Shown here: positions 1 to 9,511 of the stretch, one piece after another | Layout of the letters: each line of letters opens with the position of its first letter | Numbering within the stretch: position 1 is the stretch's first letter | Source of the DNA: Terriglobia bacterium | GTDB lineage: Bacteria; Acidobacteriota; Terriglobia; Bryobacterales; UBA6623 | Assembly: GCA_009838515.1 (NCBI GenBank) | Contig: VXRL01000002.1 | Coordinates: 83,248 to 147,247, forward strand | DNA length: 64,000 nt | Direction: 5' to 3' | Translations under genes and position numbers: made by a program | The notes under the pieces: model-generated | What the model saw: the letters and a program-made list of their open reading frames with translations, nothing else | Database searches by the model: none | Told to the model about the DNA's origin: nothing

Positions 1-159
1 CGAAATATGGGCATTCGGGGCAACGCTCAGTCCAAAGAGCGCGCGCAATGTTTCGATGATAGCCATTCCGCCCGCGAAGCCTCAATCTCGCGCGCTCGCT
101 AGGCACCCGAGCCGAGGGTGATCCGAAGCGGGGCCCGACCCGATCGCCACGGCGCCGCA

Positions 160-1155
160 CTAGGCGGCCATGCCCTCGAAGAGGCTGCCCTGCACCGGCC
201 GAGGGGCCAGCTCGCTCGCGACGGGCTTGTGCTCGCGGGCGCGAATCTGTCCGGACAGTCCGTGCTTCTGCCGGATCCGGCAGATCTTTTCAGACAGCCA
301 GTCACGGTATCCGGGCTTCACGTAAGCGCCTCGGCGGTAGTGAGCCTTGTAGCGCGCTGTCAGGTGTGGGAACTGTTCCTCGAGGAAGGATACCATTCGG
401 CGGCGGGCCTCCGACCTCAGGAACAACGGATGGGCGTGCCAGTAAGACGCGTCTGCCCGCTTGGCGGCTTGCGCGACATTCTCGAGCAACTCGGTGGAAT
501 CCGTCAGCAGCGGCAGGACGGGAGCGCTGAAGACGCCCGCCTCGATGCCTCGCCAGCGCAACTCGCGCACGGCTTCGATGCGCTTGTCGGGCCGCACCGC
601 CCGCGGTTCCAGAGCCCTGGCGAGGGCGTTGTCCATGGTCGTGATGGTGACGGTGACGTGAAGCTCGTTCCGCATGGCGATCTCTCCGAGCAGGTCGAGG
701 TCGCGAAGGACCAGGTCGGACTTAGTCGTGATCCCGATCACGTTCCCGGAAAATTCGGCGAAGGCTTCCAAGACGCCGCGGGTGGTTTCGAACCTGCGCT
801 CGGCGGGCTGGTACGGATCGGTGCCGGTTCCGACCGCGATCGGCCCGCTGACGCCCTTGGCGAGTTCGCGGCGGAGCAGGCTCTTGGCGTTCTCCTTGGA
901 GAACACCAGCGAGGCGAACTGGGACGGGTCGTCGATGCCCAGGTACTGGTGGGTGTAGACCGCGTAGCAGTAGTGGCAGCCGATCTCGCAGCCGCGGTAC
1001 GGGTTCACCGTCCACTGGAAGGGCATCTCGGGATTCGAGCAGCGGTTCAGGATGCTCTTCGATGGCAGGCTGCGGTACTCGACGCGCTGTTTCGTGCCTA
1101 GGATCCTGCCGTCGGCCGCTTGGGCGGCGATTCCAGAGAGAATTTGCTTGGCCAT
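160..1155 (-). CDS. radical SAM protein (SplB / Rv2578c-like family)
   Basis: 331-aa ORF. It has the radical-SAM cluster motif CEIGCHYC (CxxxCxxC) about 55 aa from the N-terminus. Overall similarity is to DNA-repair-photolyase-type radical SAM proteins. Confidence 0.85.
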   Translation of the reverse strand: MAKQILSGIAAQAADGRILGTKQRVEYRSLPSKSILNRCSNPEMPFQWTVNPYRGCEIGCHYCYAVYTHQYLGIDDPSQFASLVFSKENAKSLLRRELAKGVSGPIAVGTGTDPYQPAERRFETTRGVLEAFAEFSGNVIGITTKSDLVLRDLDLLGEIAMRNELHVTVTITTMDNALARALEPRAVRPDKRIEAVRELRWRGIEAGVFSAPVLPLLTDSTELLENVAQAAKRADASYWHAHPLFLRSEARRRMVSFLEEQFPHLTARYKAHYRRGAYVKPGYRDWLSEKICRIRQKHGLSGQIRAREHKPVASELAPRPVQGSLFEGMAA

Positions 1156-1160
1156 TCTTT

Positions 1161-1190
1161 AATATTCGCTTTTTGTTTGTATATAGTCAA
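1161..1190 (-). promoter_or_regulatory. candidate sigma70-type promoter giving a leaderless transcript for the radical SAM gene
   Basis: Read on the minus strand: TTGACT (1190-1185), an 18-nt spacer, AATATT (1166-1161), then AAAGA and the ATG at 1155. There is no Shine-Dalgarno sequence. The region is strongly AT-rich compared with its flanks. Confidence 0.4.
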
Positions 1191-1336
1191 GTGATTTCAC
1201 TACTATTTCCGTAAGAATTCGTGAATTGAATCCGATTCTTGCCGTCGAATCGACGAATGCGGCCCGAAACTGCTGCCGGAAACCGCGCCACGGCGTTTGC
1301 TTCCCTCCGGCAGTGCCGCCCGGCTGGGCCTCGCCG

Positions 1337-2440
1337 CTAGTTGCGAGCGTCGCGGAGGAAGCCCAGCATTCTGCGCAACGGCTCGGCCGCGCCCCAGAGG
1401 AGCTGGTCGCCCACCGTGAAGGCGCCCAGGTACTCGGGCCCCATGCTCAGATGCCGGAGCCTGCCTATGTGGACGTCCAGCTTGCCGGCTACTGCGGCAG
1501 GGGTCAATTGGCGGAGAGTGGCCTCTTGGGAGTTGTCGACCAGCCTGACCCAGGCGTTTCCGGAACTGAGCAAGTCCCGCACCTCTTGCAGCGGCACGGC
1601 GCGCCAGAGCTTGATGCACATCGCTTGGCTATGGCAGCGCAGGGCGTCCACGCGGGCGCAGATTCCATCGATTACCACGGGCGGATCGGCGCCGAGGATC
1701 TTGCTGGCCTCAACGCTGGCCTTCCATTCCTCGCGGGTTTGGCCGCTGTCCATGGCGCGGTCGATCCAGGGCAGCACGTTGCAGGCCAGGGGCGCTCCGA
1801 TTTCATCCACGGGAAAGTCCACGCTTGATTGAACGCGAGTGAATGCCTGTTCGACCTCGATGGCAGAACCGCCCTGCAGGTCCGTCCTGGCGGCGCCGAG
1901 AGCGCCCACTTGGCTAGCCAGCTCGGTCAGCTTCCTCGCGCCGGCGCCGGACACCGCTTGATAGGTCATGGTGCTGACCCATTCGACCAGCCCCTCGCGC
2001 AGAAGCCCGCCAATCGCCATCAGCAACAGGCCGACCGTGCAGTTGGCCCCGATAAAATTGCGGCAGCCATCGGCGAGTCGCTCATGGATCTGGTCCGCGT
2101 TGATCGGATCGAGCACGAGCGTGGAATCCTCGCGGAGCCTCAGTGTGGACGCCGCATCGATCCAGTAGCCGTTCCAGCCTGATGCTCTCAGGGCTTCGAA
2201 GACTTCTGAGGTGTAGCCACCGCCTTGACACGACAACACGGCTTCGCAGCGTCCCAGCGCATCGATGTCCCGCGCGTCCTGCAGGACATCGCTGGCACCG
2301 CCATGCGGCGCGCGACCGCCGGGATCTGACGTCGAGAAGAAATGGACTGCCAAGCTGTCCAAGTCCCCTTCCGACCGCATTCTGTCGAGGAGCACGCTCC
2401 CGACCATGCCGCGCCAGCCGACGAATCCTACGTTCAACAC
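1337..2440 (-). CDS. asd: aspartate-semialdehyde dehydrogenase
   Basis: The N-terminus LNVGFVGWRGMVGSVL matches the E. coli-type Asd start (MKNVGFIGWRGMVGSVL). I chose the GTG at 2440 because GGGGGA lies about 8 nt upstream. The ORF track extends to a TTG at 2455. Confidence 0.9.
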   Translation of the reverse strand: MLNVGFVGWRGMVGSVLLDRMRSEGDLDSLAVHFFSTSDPGGRAPHGGASDVLQDARDIDALGRCEAVLSCQGGGYTSEVFEALRASGWNGYWIDAASTLRLREDSTLVLDPINADQIHERLADGCRNFIGANCTVGLLLMAIGGLLREGLVEWVSTMTYQAVSGAGARKLTELASQVGALGAARTDLQGGSAIEVEQAFTRVQSSVDFPVDEIGAPLACNVLPWIDRAMDSGQTREEWKASVEASKILGADPPVVIDGICARVDALRCHSQAMCIKLWRAVPLQEVRDLLSSGNAWVRLVDNSQEATLRQLTPAAVAGKLDVHIGRLRHLSMGPEYLGAFTVGDQLLWGAAEPLRRMLGFLRDARN

Positions 2441-2503
2441 ACCGAGATCCCCCAAGGCGCCGCTCTACGCGCGGCGCAACTGCGGCCCAACGCCGCGACC
2501 TAC

Positions 2504-2734
2504 CTACTCGCTGACGGATTCCTGCGCGCCGGAATCGCGCCAGGCGCTGATCTTGAGGTGCTGGCAAATCCAGCAAAGCCTGTCGGAGCGTTCTGTTGCG
2601 CCGTGTACGCCGCAGACTCGGCAAGGCACTCGCCTGACTGGCTTGGACCGGAGCACGAAGTCCTTCGCGCCGTCAATCAGCTGAGGGTTAACTATGGGGA
2701 TCTCGCCCCCGCCCGCTTTGCTCGTCTTGGCCAT
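2504..2734 (-). CDS. small zinc-ribbon protein, function unknown
   Basis: 76-aa ORF with CRVC...CWIC (two CxxC pairs). It lies about 63 bp upstream of the chosen asd start (2440) on the same strand. A TATAGT box (2766-2761, minus strand) lies upstream. Confidence 0.5.
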   Translation of the reverse strand: MAKTSKAGGGEIPIVNPQLIDGAKDFVLRSKPVRRVPCRVCGVHGATERSDRLCWICQHLKISAWRDSGAQESVSE

Positions 2735-3133
2735 TGGTCTGTCCAGCGTAGGCTATTTCCACTATAAGGTCTAGCACGTCTGCGACCTGGTGTGCATGGC
2801 CGGAACCGCGATACAGGGGTCCGCGAGTGCTGGCGCACAGTCCTTTCGCCCTCACCGGAAGCGAGCGATTCGGCTTCTCGGATGCGACTAGCCAGTCGCT
2901 TGCCGGACGCAGCTCGATGCTGCGCGTGATGCCATGGCGCACTCGTGGCGACCCAGAGGCTGTGGCGTCGCTCCGCTCGCAAGGCGACCCGGCTTGTCGA
3001 GACCCTACTTGGCGAGACCGCGCATTCTCGGACTTGTCGATCGATAGCCAAGCCAAGAGACCAGTCCTCACAGCGCTGCTTCGTCCCAGCGCCAGGCGGA
3101 GCAATGCTAGGATTGCCGGGAGGGTTTCGAGCG

Positions 3134-4000
3134 GTGAAGATCAACGTGTTTGGCGCCACGGGCGGTCTCGGATCTCGTGTCGTCGATGCTTTGCTCGGTC
3201 GTGGCCTTCCCCCCGAGGACTTGATTGCGTGCTCCCGAAGTCCGGATAAGGTCCGGCGATTCAAGCACCTGGGAATCGATATCCGCCGGGCCGACTACGA
3301 GGTGCCTGAGACGCTTTCGGGCGCCCTGGAGGGAACCGACGTGCTGATGCTGATCCCGAGCGCCAGCGATGTGGAGCCCCGGATCGTCCAGCACTCTAAC
3401 ATCCTGGACGCGGCGCGTTCCGCGCGCGTGAAGCGGGTGGTGCTAGCCAGCTCCAGCGCGGCGCGAACGGACTCGAAATTCCTGATCGCTCCTTATCTGG
3501 TGTACGCGGAGTCAAGGCTTCGGACCAGCGGCCTGGGATGGACCATCCTGCGAAACGGCATCTACCTGGACCCTCTTGTCGATTGGGCGCCGGCACTCGC
3601 TGCGATGGGCCGACTCCCGTATCCGGTTAGCAGGGGCCGGGTCGCATATGTGTCTCGGGACGATCTTGCGCGAGCATGCGCGGCAGCGTGCGCGCATGAC
3701 CAACATGCCGAGCAAGTCTATGAACTGACTGGCCTGCGCGCCTTGTCGATGCCCGACCTAGCGTCCGCTCTGACCGACGCGACCGGGCAGACAATTCTGT
3801 TCGACGAGGTGACGGAGGAGCAGTTCGCCGAGCTCTGCCGTGCGGACAAAGTCCCGGAGCCCGACATTGCGATCCTCACCTCCTTGTACCGCGCTGCCGA
3901 TCACGGAGAGTTCGAGCATGTAAGCGACGACATTCGTCTATTGACCGGCATCCCGCCAACAGCTGCTCGGGACTATCTGAGGGAATCGCTCCGAACATAG
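3134..4000 (+). CDS. NmrA-like / atypical SDR NAD(P)-binding protein
   Basis: N-terminal Rossmann motif VKINVFGATGGLGSRVV. I chose the GTG at 3134, which is preceded by GGGAGG (3118-3123) and TAGGAT (3108-3113). An ATG at 3104 is an alternative start, and the track ORF runs from 2945. Confidence 0.75.
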   Translation: MKINVFGATGGLGSRVVDALLGRGLPPEDLIACSRSPDKVRRFKHLGIDIRRADYEVPETLSGALEGTDVLMLIPSASDVEPRIVQHSNILDAARSARVKRVVLASSSAARTDSKFLIAPYLVYAESRLRTSGLGWTILRNGIYLDPLVDWAPALAAMGRLPYPVSRGRVAYVSRDDLARACAAACAHDQHAEQVYELTGLRALSMPDLASALTDATGQTILFDEVTEEQFAELCRADKVPEPDIAILTSLYRAADHGEFEHVSDDIRLLTGIPPTAARDYLRESLRT

Positions 4001-4067
4001 CGCGCATCCGGGCGCAGGTGATGGCTGGTTCGTTGCTGGGAGCCGAAGCGAGAAATCGGCACCTAGG

Positions 4068-4280
4068 TCAGCCGGAGTCTGTCCAATCGATCGTGCTGCT
4101 GCCGGCTTCCAGTTCTTTAGCGTACCGAGCCGGACGCTGATGCTCTTCGCGATAGGGGGCGGGAAAGCCGCGTCTTGCTTCGATTCGCCGGAACATCCGG
4201 TTCCGGTGCGTCCGCTTTGTGGGCCTCAAAGCCCTCGCTGGCTCCAGCCGCGTGGCGTCGGGCATCTTCGAGCCCGCCAT
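4068..4280 (-). CDS. small basic hypothetical protein
   Basis: 70-aa ORF from an internal ATG of the 115-aa track ORF. Third codon positions are strongly G/C, as in neighbouring genes. I recognise no family. Confidence 0.3.
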   Translation of the reverse strand: MAGSKMPDATRLEPARALRPTKRTHRNRMFRRIEARRGFPAPYREEHQRPARYAKELEAGSSTIDWTDSG

Positions 4281-4369
4281 GATCTTGCGAGGTGCGTCGC
4301 ATATTCGCGCCTCCGGGGGGCCTGAATCACCTTTGTCGACGTAGTGACCAGAGCCCGGCGTTCCTTCCT

Positions 4370-4375
4370 TACAAT
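4370..4375 (+). promoter_or_regulatory. candidate -10 box (TACAAT) 6 nt upstream of the GTG start at 4382
   Basis: TACAAT, then ggtgcc, then GTG. There is no Shine-Dalgarno sequence. The geometry fits a leaderless mRNA. Confidence 0.35.
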
Positions 4376-4381
4376 GGTGCC

Positions 4382-5578
4382 GTGAGAGGACTGCTACTGA
4401 CCACGCTGCTGGCACTGTCGGCGATAGGAGGGATCGCGCAAGTGACGGAATTCACCATCCGAGTCGAGGATGCCGCCCTCGCCGACCTCAAGGCGCGTCT
4501 GGAGCGGACGCGGCTGCCAGACCAGATCCCAGGCTCTGGCTGGGACTATGGATCGGATCGGGCGTACATGGAAGAGCTGCTGGAGTATTGGCGAACCGCG
4601 TATGACTGGCGCAAGCACGAAGCTCAACTGAACGAGTTGCCGCACTTCAAGACGTCCGTCGATGGCATCGACATGCATTTCGTGCATGTTCGCTCGAAGG
4701 AAGACTCGGCGATGCCCTTGGTGATAACTCACGGCTGGCCGGGGTCGGTGTACGAGTTCATGGACGTGATCGGTCCGCTGACCGATCCGGTTGGCCACGG
4801 GGGCAGGGCCGAGGATGCGTTCCACCTGGTCTTGCCGTCGATGCCTGGGTACGGCTTTTCAGGGCCGGCCCACCAGCGGGGCATGAGCGTTGACAGTGTG
4901 GCCGGCGTGGTTGCCAAGCTCATGGACCGTCTCGGCTATGAGCGGTACGCGGCTCAAGGCGGGGATTGGGGCTCGGGTGTCTCGTCTTGGCTGGCCCGCG
5001 ATTATCCCGACCGCTTGATCGGAATCCACCTCAACATGGTCGGCGGCGGTCCGCCCGCGGGCATGCAGGATCCCGAAAAAGGTATCCCTGAGTGGGAACT
5101 GAAGCGCTACCGGGAGCGCGCCGAGTGGTGGCGCGGCGAGAATGCCTACGGGAACATTCAGGGCTCCAAGCCCCTTACGCTGGCGTACGGTCTCAATGAC
5201 TCCCCGGCCGGCCTAGCGGCGTGGGTGGTGGAGAAGTTCCGCGCCTGGAGCGACTGCGGCGGCGATGTGGAGAGCCGGTTCACCAAGGACCAGCTCTTGA
5301 CCAACATCATGCTTTACTGGCTAACCGAGAGCATGCCTTCAGCCGTCCGGCTGTACTACGAGTCCCGTCGTAGCGGCCGCCAGCAGGTGCGCAGCGAAGT
5401 GCCGACTGCGATCGCGGTCTTTCCGGGCGAGATCTTCTTCTCGCCCCGCAAATGGGTAGAGACTCGCTACAACGTGCTGCAGTGGACCGAGATGCCGCGC
5501 GGAGGGCACTTCGCGGCGATGGAGGAGCCGGAACTCTACGTTGAGGACGTGGTCAAGTTCTTTCGCGGTCTACGCTGA
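4382..5578 (+). CDS. epoxide hydrolase (microsomal-type EH N-terminal domain plus alpha/beta hydrolase) with N-terminal signal or anchor
   Basis: The EHN-domain region reads EDAALADLKARLERTRLPDQIPGSGWDYGSDRAYMEELLEYW. It also has HGWPGS and a GGDWG nucleophile elbow. The hydrophobic N-terminus is VRGLLLTTLLALSAIGG. Confidence 0.85.
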   Translation: MRGLLLTTLLALSAIGGIAQVTEFTIRVEDAALADLKARLERTRLPDQIPGSGWDYGSDRAYMEELLEYWRTAYDWRKHEAQLNELPHFKTSVDGIDMHFVHVRSKEDSAMPLVITHGWPGSVYEFMDVIGPLTDPVGHGGRAEDAFHLVLPSMPGYGFSGPAHQRGMSVDSVAGVVAKLMDRLGYERYAAQGGDWGSGVSSWLARDYPDRLIGIHLNMVGGGPPAGMQDPEKGIPEWELKRYRERAEWWRGENAYGNIQGSKPLTLAYGLNDSPAGLAAWVVEKFRAWSDCGGDVESRFTKDQLLTNIMLYWLTESMPSAVRLYYESRRSGRQQVRSEVPTAIAVFPGEIFFSPRKWVETRYNVLQWTEMPRGGHFAAMEEPELYVEDVVKFFRGLR

Positions 5579-5581
5579 CGG

Positions 5582-5605
5582 GCCGTTGCCTGCGCGTGCA
5601 GCGGC
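5582..5605. terminator. hairpin between convergent stop codons
   Basis: GCCGTTGC (5582-5589) pairs with GCAGCGGC (5598-5605): 8 bp including one G-U, with an 8-nt loop. It sits between stop codons at 5576-5578 (+) and 5607-5609 (-). There is no U tract. Confidence 0.3.
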
Positions 5606-5606
5606 G

Positions 5607-6998
5607 CTACCGAGACGCGCTCGCGGCGAGTTCCTCGAGCTTGATCTGAATCTCCGCCTCCGGCAGCCACCGGCCGCGCACCATGACGCCGGCACGCTTG
5701 GCTACGTTGGCTGCGTCATCCAGCGGATTGGCTTCGAGCAGCACCAAGTCGGCACGGGCACCGACCTCGACTCGCCCGAACGCGTCGGACCCGAAATGCT
5801 CGGCCGCGTTCTTCGTTGCGGACGCCAGGATTTCGTAGGGCGTCAGGCCGGCGGACGCCATGATGCTGATTTCGCGGTGGATCGAAAAGCCCGGCACGTT
5901 GAAGATCTGCGGCGCGTCAGTGCCGAACGCGATCCGCGCTCCCTCGTCCTGCAATGCCTTGAGGATCTTCTTGCGTATCTCGATCACGCGCGCGCCGGAC
6001 TCGGCGTTCAGGCGCTCTTGGCGGCTGTTCTGCGATTCGATCCAGGCATCGACTGTTGCGCGGGGCAGGTACTTTAGCTCGTCGAAACCGGCATAGTGTT
6101 CTGTCGGCACGTCGGCGTTGAACGTTTCCCACAAAGCCATCGTTGGCACTGCTGAAGCGTTGGCGAGCTTGGTCGCTGAAACCAGGGCCGGAATCTTCTT
6201 CTCGTCGGCGTGCAACCCCATCTCGCGGCCGCGCGTGGCGGCGTCTGCGTTCTTGATCGGCGAATCGTCGGCTTCCAGCGCATCCAGGTAATTGTCCAAG
6301 TGGTCGATGCTGCCTTGGCCTGCTGCCAGCGCATGCAGCAGCCCGACCGGATTGGGAACGTGCCCGCCGAAGGGGATTCCCGCCAGGGTCGCTTCCTCGG
6401 CGATGGCGTCGTACACGTCCACGCTGAGTCCCTCGAGGATCTTGAGCGAGTCGAAGCCAGCCTCGTGCTGTTCGCGGACGCGTTGCCGGGCAACGTCTGC
6501 AGTCAAGTCCTCGGTCGCACGAAAGGCTGGCCCAGCCGCATAGATCGTCGGCCCCAGCCGCCTTCCTCCTGCGATCTGCTTGCGAAGCTCCAGATGCGAC
6601 GCGTTGCCGAGCATGCCGCGCACGGTTGTCACGCCGTTGGAGAGGAACAGGAAGAGGATCCGGTCGACCTCTTCGGGCGGGGTGTCAGCGCCGGGCAGGT
6701 GTGCGTGCATCTCGGTGAGGCCGGGAACGAGGTACTTGCCGCTCCCGTCCACGACCAGCGCTCCCCTTGGGACCTTGATCTCGGACGTCGGCCCCAGCTC
6801 GCTGATCTTCCCCAGCGAGGTGACGACGGTCTGGCCGTGCAAGACACGCTCGTTGTCCATCGGCACGACGCTGGCGTTAACGAAGGCTACCGTTCCCTCC
6901 GGCGCGCTCTGGCAGCCCAGCCCAAGCAGAAACGCGGACACTGCCGCCAGATACTTCGCGCTCATGACTCCTGCTCCGTCGAATGCATGCGTTGCCAC
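5607..6998 (-). CDS. amidohydrolase-family metallohydrolase, exported (lipoprotein-like signal)
   Basis: 463 aa. It has the HxH metal motif EMHAHLPG and an amidohydrolase-fold C-terminus (GTDAP...). The N-terminal signal contains LLGLGC. Confidence 0.8.
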   Translation of the reverse strand: MATHAFDGAGVMSAKYLAAVSAFLLGLGCQSAPEGTVAFVNASVVPMDNERVLHGQTVVTSLGKISELGPTSEIKVPRGALVVDGSGKYLVPGLTEMHAHLPGADTPPEEVDRILFLFLSNGVTTVRGMLGNASHLELRKQIAGGRRLGPTIYAAGPAFRATEDLTADVARQRVREQHEAGFDSLKILEGLSVDVYDAIAEEATLAGIPFGGHVPNPVGLLHALAAGQGSIDHLDNYLDALEADDSPIKNADAATRGREMGLHADEKKIPALVSATKLANASAVPTMALWETFNADVPTEHYAGFDELKYLPRATVDAWIESQNSRQERLNAESGARVIEIRKKILKALQDEGARIAFGTDAPQIFNVPGFSIHREISIMASAGLTPYEILASATKNAAEHFGSDAFGRVEVGARADLVLLEANPLDDAANVAKRAGVMVRGRWLPEAEIQIKLEELAASASR

Positions 6999-7032
6999 GC
7001 TTGGTGGCCCGCTGCAATCTTAACCCTCGGGA

Positions 7033-7512
7033 TCAGTCTTGTGGCTCCTGGAAGTTCTCGACCGTGTACTCGTAGTACGGCCCGCGCAGGAATCCGAGGA
7101 AGATTTCGTTGACCAGCTTGAGCGCCTTGCTGACGGCATAGTCCCAGTCGCCGTCCAGGCTCTGCAGCGATACCGACACCGATCCCTTCCGATTCCTGCT
7201 CTGCACCTTGGCGCGTTGCGAGTCGATGCGTCTGTGCCTCGGGAGCGTTTCGCCGCTCAGCCTGCGCAGGAAGCTCCGGAGATCCCTGTAGAGCGGGGCT
7301 GTCGGTGCCAGATTGGGCAACAGGTCGCGAAACTCGAGTGTGCCGCGGCGCGGATCGAAGATCAATCGGATAGGCCTCTCGCGCAGCCAGACGAAGGAGC
7401 ATTCCAAGCGGTTCCGCCGCCGTGCAGCGGCGAAGGAGCGGAAGACGCCTCGGTCGGCGCGCGAGCGCAGCAGCGCGTCGACGCTGTCCAACGGGTCCGG
7501 AGACTCCGGCAT
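7033..7512 (-). CDS. hypothetical cytoplasmic protein, translationally coupled to the upstream TPP enzyme
   Basis: 159 aa (MPESPDPL...ENFQEPQD). Its ATG shares one base with the TGA of the upstream gene (TGATG at 7514-7510). It has no signal peptide. The track merges it into a spurious 697-aa ORF. Confidence 0.6.
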   Translation of the reverse strand: MPESPDPLDSVDALLRSRADRGVFRSFAAARRRNRLECSFVWLRERPIRLIFDPRRGTLEFRDLLPNLAPTAPLYRDLRSFLRRLSGETLPRHRRIDSQRAKVQSRNRKGSVSVSLQSLDGDWDYAVSKALKLVNEIFLGFLRGPYYEYTVENFQEPQD

Positions 7513-9464
7513 CAGTGGTAGTAAGCCATGCAGCCCGGCTCGACCTTCTGCAGCAGGCCCGGGGGATAGTCCCGAGCGCTCCAGAACTCCTTGATCGCCT
7601 GGCAGTTGATGACCGTCGAGAGCCGCTCGTCTGCTGCCGCCTTGTAACTGCGTGCCAAGGCCGGAGCCAGGTCCTCGGCCTTGGTCACGTATTCTCCGCG
7701 CGCCCCGAGGGCTTCGCCGATCTTCTCGTAGCGCAGATTCTCTTGGAACAGGTACATGTGCTGGGCCCGTGCAGTCTCGCTGCGCCCGCCGCTGGCACCG
7801 GAGCGCCAGACCCCCCAAGCGTTGTTGTTGTACACCACCATGATCGTGGGAATCCGGTACTTGCTCAGAGTCTCCATCTCCATGCCCGAGTAGGCGAATC
7901 CAGCATCGCCCGTAACGGCGAGCACAGGCGCGCCCTTGTAGGGGGCTTGCGGGCCCGTGCCCTGCTGCACGGCTGCGCCGGCTCCGACCGTGTAGCCGAC
8001 GTCTGGCCCGATCGCTCCGTACTGGTAGGCCCCGTTGCAAATCTGGCCCGGGCGGAACGCTCTGAGCCGTCGGCGCGTGTAGCGCCCGACGCCGTAACCG
8101 CCCGACACCACGGTGGTTTGCTCCTTCGGAATATCTCCCTTGTAGAGCAGGTTCTCGATCTCGGCAGCAATCACTGCCGGATGGACGCACCCGGCCTGGG
8201 CGCTGTACTTGAGGCCGAGCTTGTAGTGCTCGTCGTTCTCTGCTTCGAACGCTGCGCGGGCCGCCGCCAACTCGTCGCGCCAAGCCGGGCGCTTCTTCTT
8301 GGGCAAGGCCTCGGCAAGTGCCTCCAAGGCGGCCTTTTCGCAGCTCACGATGCCGAGGTCGATCGGCAGGTTGCGCCCGATATCGGCAGCGTCCGGGTCG
8401 ATGCGAATGTAGGCGACGTCCGGATCGAACGAGTATTCGCCGATGTTGGGCATGCAGTACTGTCCGACCAAGACCACGAGGTCGGCGCTCAACAGGGCGT
8501 CGGGGGCTGCGTTGGCCGATAGGGGGTGCTCGTCGCCGAAGTGGCCTCGGCTGGGGCCCGATTCCACGACCGCGATGTCGGCTTTCTCGGCGACGGCCTT
8601 GAGCGCGTCCCAAGCCTTGCTGTAGAAGACGCCTGCGCTGGCCACGATGATCGGGCGTTCCGCCTTGGAGATCATGCTTGCCGCCTTGGCGATTTCCTTG
8701 GGCGACGGATGCGGACGCGATTCGGTGCGGTATTTCGACTTGTCGTAGAAGAATCGCAGATCCTCCGCGCTGTCGAAGCGCTCGCGCGCCACTTCGCCCG
8801 GAAAGTCCAGATGGACCGGGCGCGGCACGCCAGTCTTGAGCTGGCGGAAGGCGTAACCGGCGTATTCGTGCACGCGCTCGGGATTGATGAGGCGCTTGCC
8901 GTACTTCTTCATGCCTTCGGTCGTTGGCTGCTGGTAGACCCGCTGGATGCCGTGCTCTGTGTCTTCGAGCCCCAGCGTCATGTTGCTGGCCAGCACCAGC
9001 AGCGGCGAGCGCGCCGAGTTGGCGGCGGCGATGTTCATGATCATGTTCGTGAAGCCGGGGCCCTCGGTGCCCGATGCGGCCACGACCTCGCCGGTCACGC
9101 GGGCGAACCCGTCCGCAGCGGCGCACATCATGCCTTCGGTGCGGCCGCCGTAGCTGGGAATGCCCTCCGAGGCGATGGCGTTGATCACGACATAGTTGCC
9201 CGGGGCGCAGAACAGCGCGGCCAGTCCCTCGGCCTTGCAGGCCTTGGCGAAGATCTGAGCGCCTGTCATCGGGAAGTCGGGAGGCTTGGAATCTTCCGCG
9301 AGGCTCGCTGGCACCTCGCTCGGGAGCTTGATGTTGCCGTCGTGTCGCTCGGTGGTCGATGCCGCCGCGTCAGCGCCGGCCGCTACCGCCGCCGCCACCG
9401 CTCCCTTGGTCACGAATCCGCGCCTCGAAACGGTGCGCTCCGCCTTGCTGTGCTTGCTCGCCAT
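7512..9464 (-). CDS. thiamine-pyrophosphate-dependent enzyme (acetolactate synthase / pyruvate oxidase superfamily) with twin-arginine signal
   Basis: The TPP motif is [31 protein letters not shown] catalytic-Glu region ([20 protein letters not shown]) is present. The N-terminus [21 protein letters not shown] looks like a Tat signal. AGGAGA lies 7 nt upstream of the ATG at 9464. Confidence 0.85.
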   Translation of the reverse strand: MASKHSKAERTVSRRGFVTKGAVAAAVAAGADAAASTTERHDGNIKLPSEVPASLAEDSKPPDFPMTGAQIFAKACKAEGLAALFCAPGNYVVINAIASEGIPSYGGRTEGMMCAAADGFARVTGEVVAASGTEGPGFTNMIMNIAAANSARSPLLVLASNMTLGLEDTEHGIQRVYQQPTTEGMKKYGKRLINPERVHEYAGYAFRQLKTGVPRPVHLDFPGEVARERFDSAEDLRFFYDKSKYRTESRPHPSPKEIAKAASMISKAERPIIVASAGVFYSKAWDALKAVAEKADIAVVESGPSRGHFGDEHPLSANAAPDALLSADLVVLVGQYCMPNIGEYSFDPDVAYIRIDPDAADIGRNLPIDLGIVSCEKAALEALAEALPKKKRPAWRDELAAARAAFEAENDEHYKLGLKYSAQAGCVHPAVIAAEIENLLYKGDIPKEQTTVVSGGYGVGRYTRRRLRAFRPGQICNGAYQYGAIGPDVGYTVGAGAAVQQGTGPQAPYKGAPVLAVTGDAGFAYSGMEMETLSKYRIPTIMVVYNNNAWGVWRSGASGGRSETARAQHMYLFQENLRYEKIGEALGARGEYVTKAEDLAPALARSYKAAADERLSTVINCQAIKEFWSARDYPPGLLQKVEPGCMAYYH

Positions 9465-9511
9465 GGTTGGTCTCCTTTGGTTGCCGTGTGCTCGCCACCG
9501 CGCCGCTATCT

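Noticed and set aside
1-66. Possible 5' end of a minus-strand gene running off the window edge (ATG at 66-64, MAIIETLRALFGLSVAPNAHIS...).
   Set aside because: Only 22 codons are visible. Third-position GC bias is weak, there is no clear SD, and I recognise no family. This is insufficient evidence.
118-1101. 327-aa plus-strand ORF antisense to the radical SAM gene. Similar long ORFs occur antisense to clear genes, for example 21896-23593(-), 23999-25213(-), 25315-26448(-), 33755-35203(-), 12188-13726(+) and 17100-18029(-).
   Set aside because: They are typical shadow ORFs of GC-rich DNA. Their translations are Arg/Ala/Gly/Pro-rich with no motifs. Each lies opposite a gene with strong family signatures.
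2780-3100. ~320-bp divergent intergenic region between the small zinc-ribbon/asd operon and the NmrA-like gene, considered for a riboswitch (for example lysine) or sRNA.
   Set aside because: I recognise no riboswitch core. The TATAGT box close to the zinc-ribbon gene implies a short leader. The ORFs in the region are GC-type shadow ORFs.
7513-9126. N-terminal ~540 aa of the 697-aa minus-strand ORF (7033-9126).
   Set aside because: This part is an out-of-frame read-through of the TPP-enzyme gene and translates to low-complexity Arg/Gly-rich sequence. Only the last 159 codons (7033-7512), starting at an ATG coupled to the TPP stop, look like a real gene.
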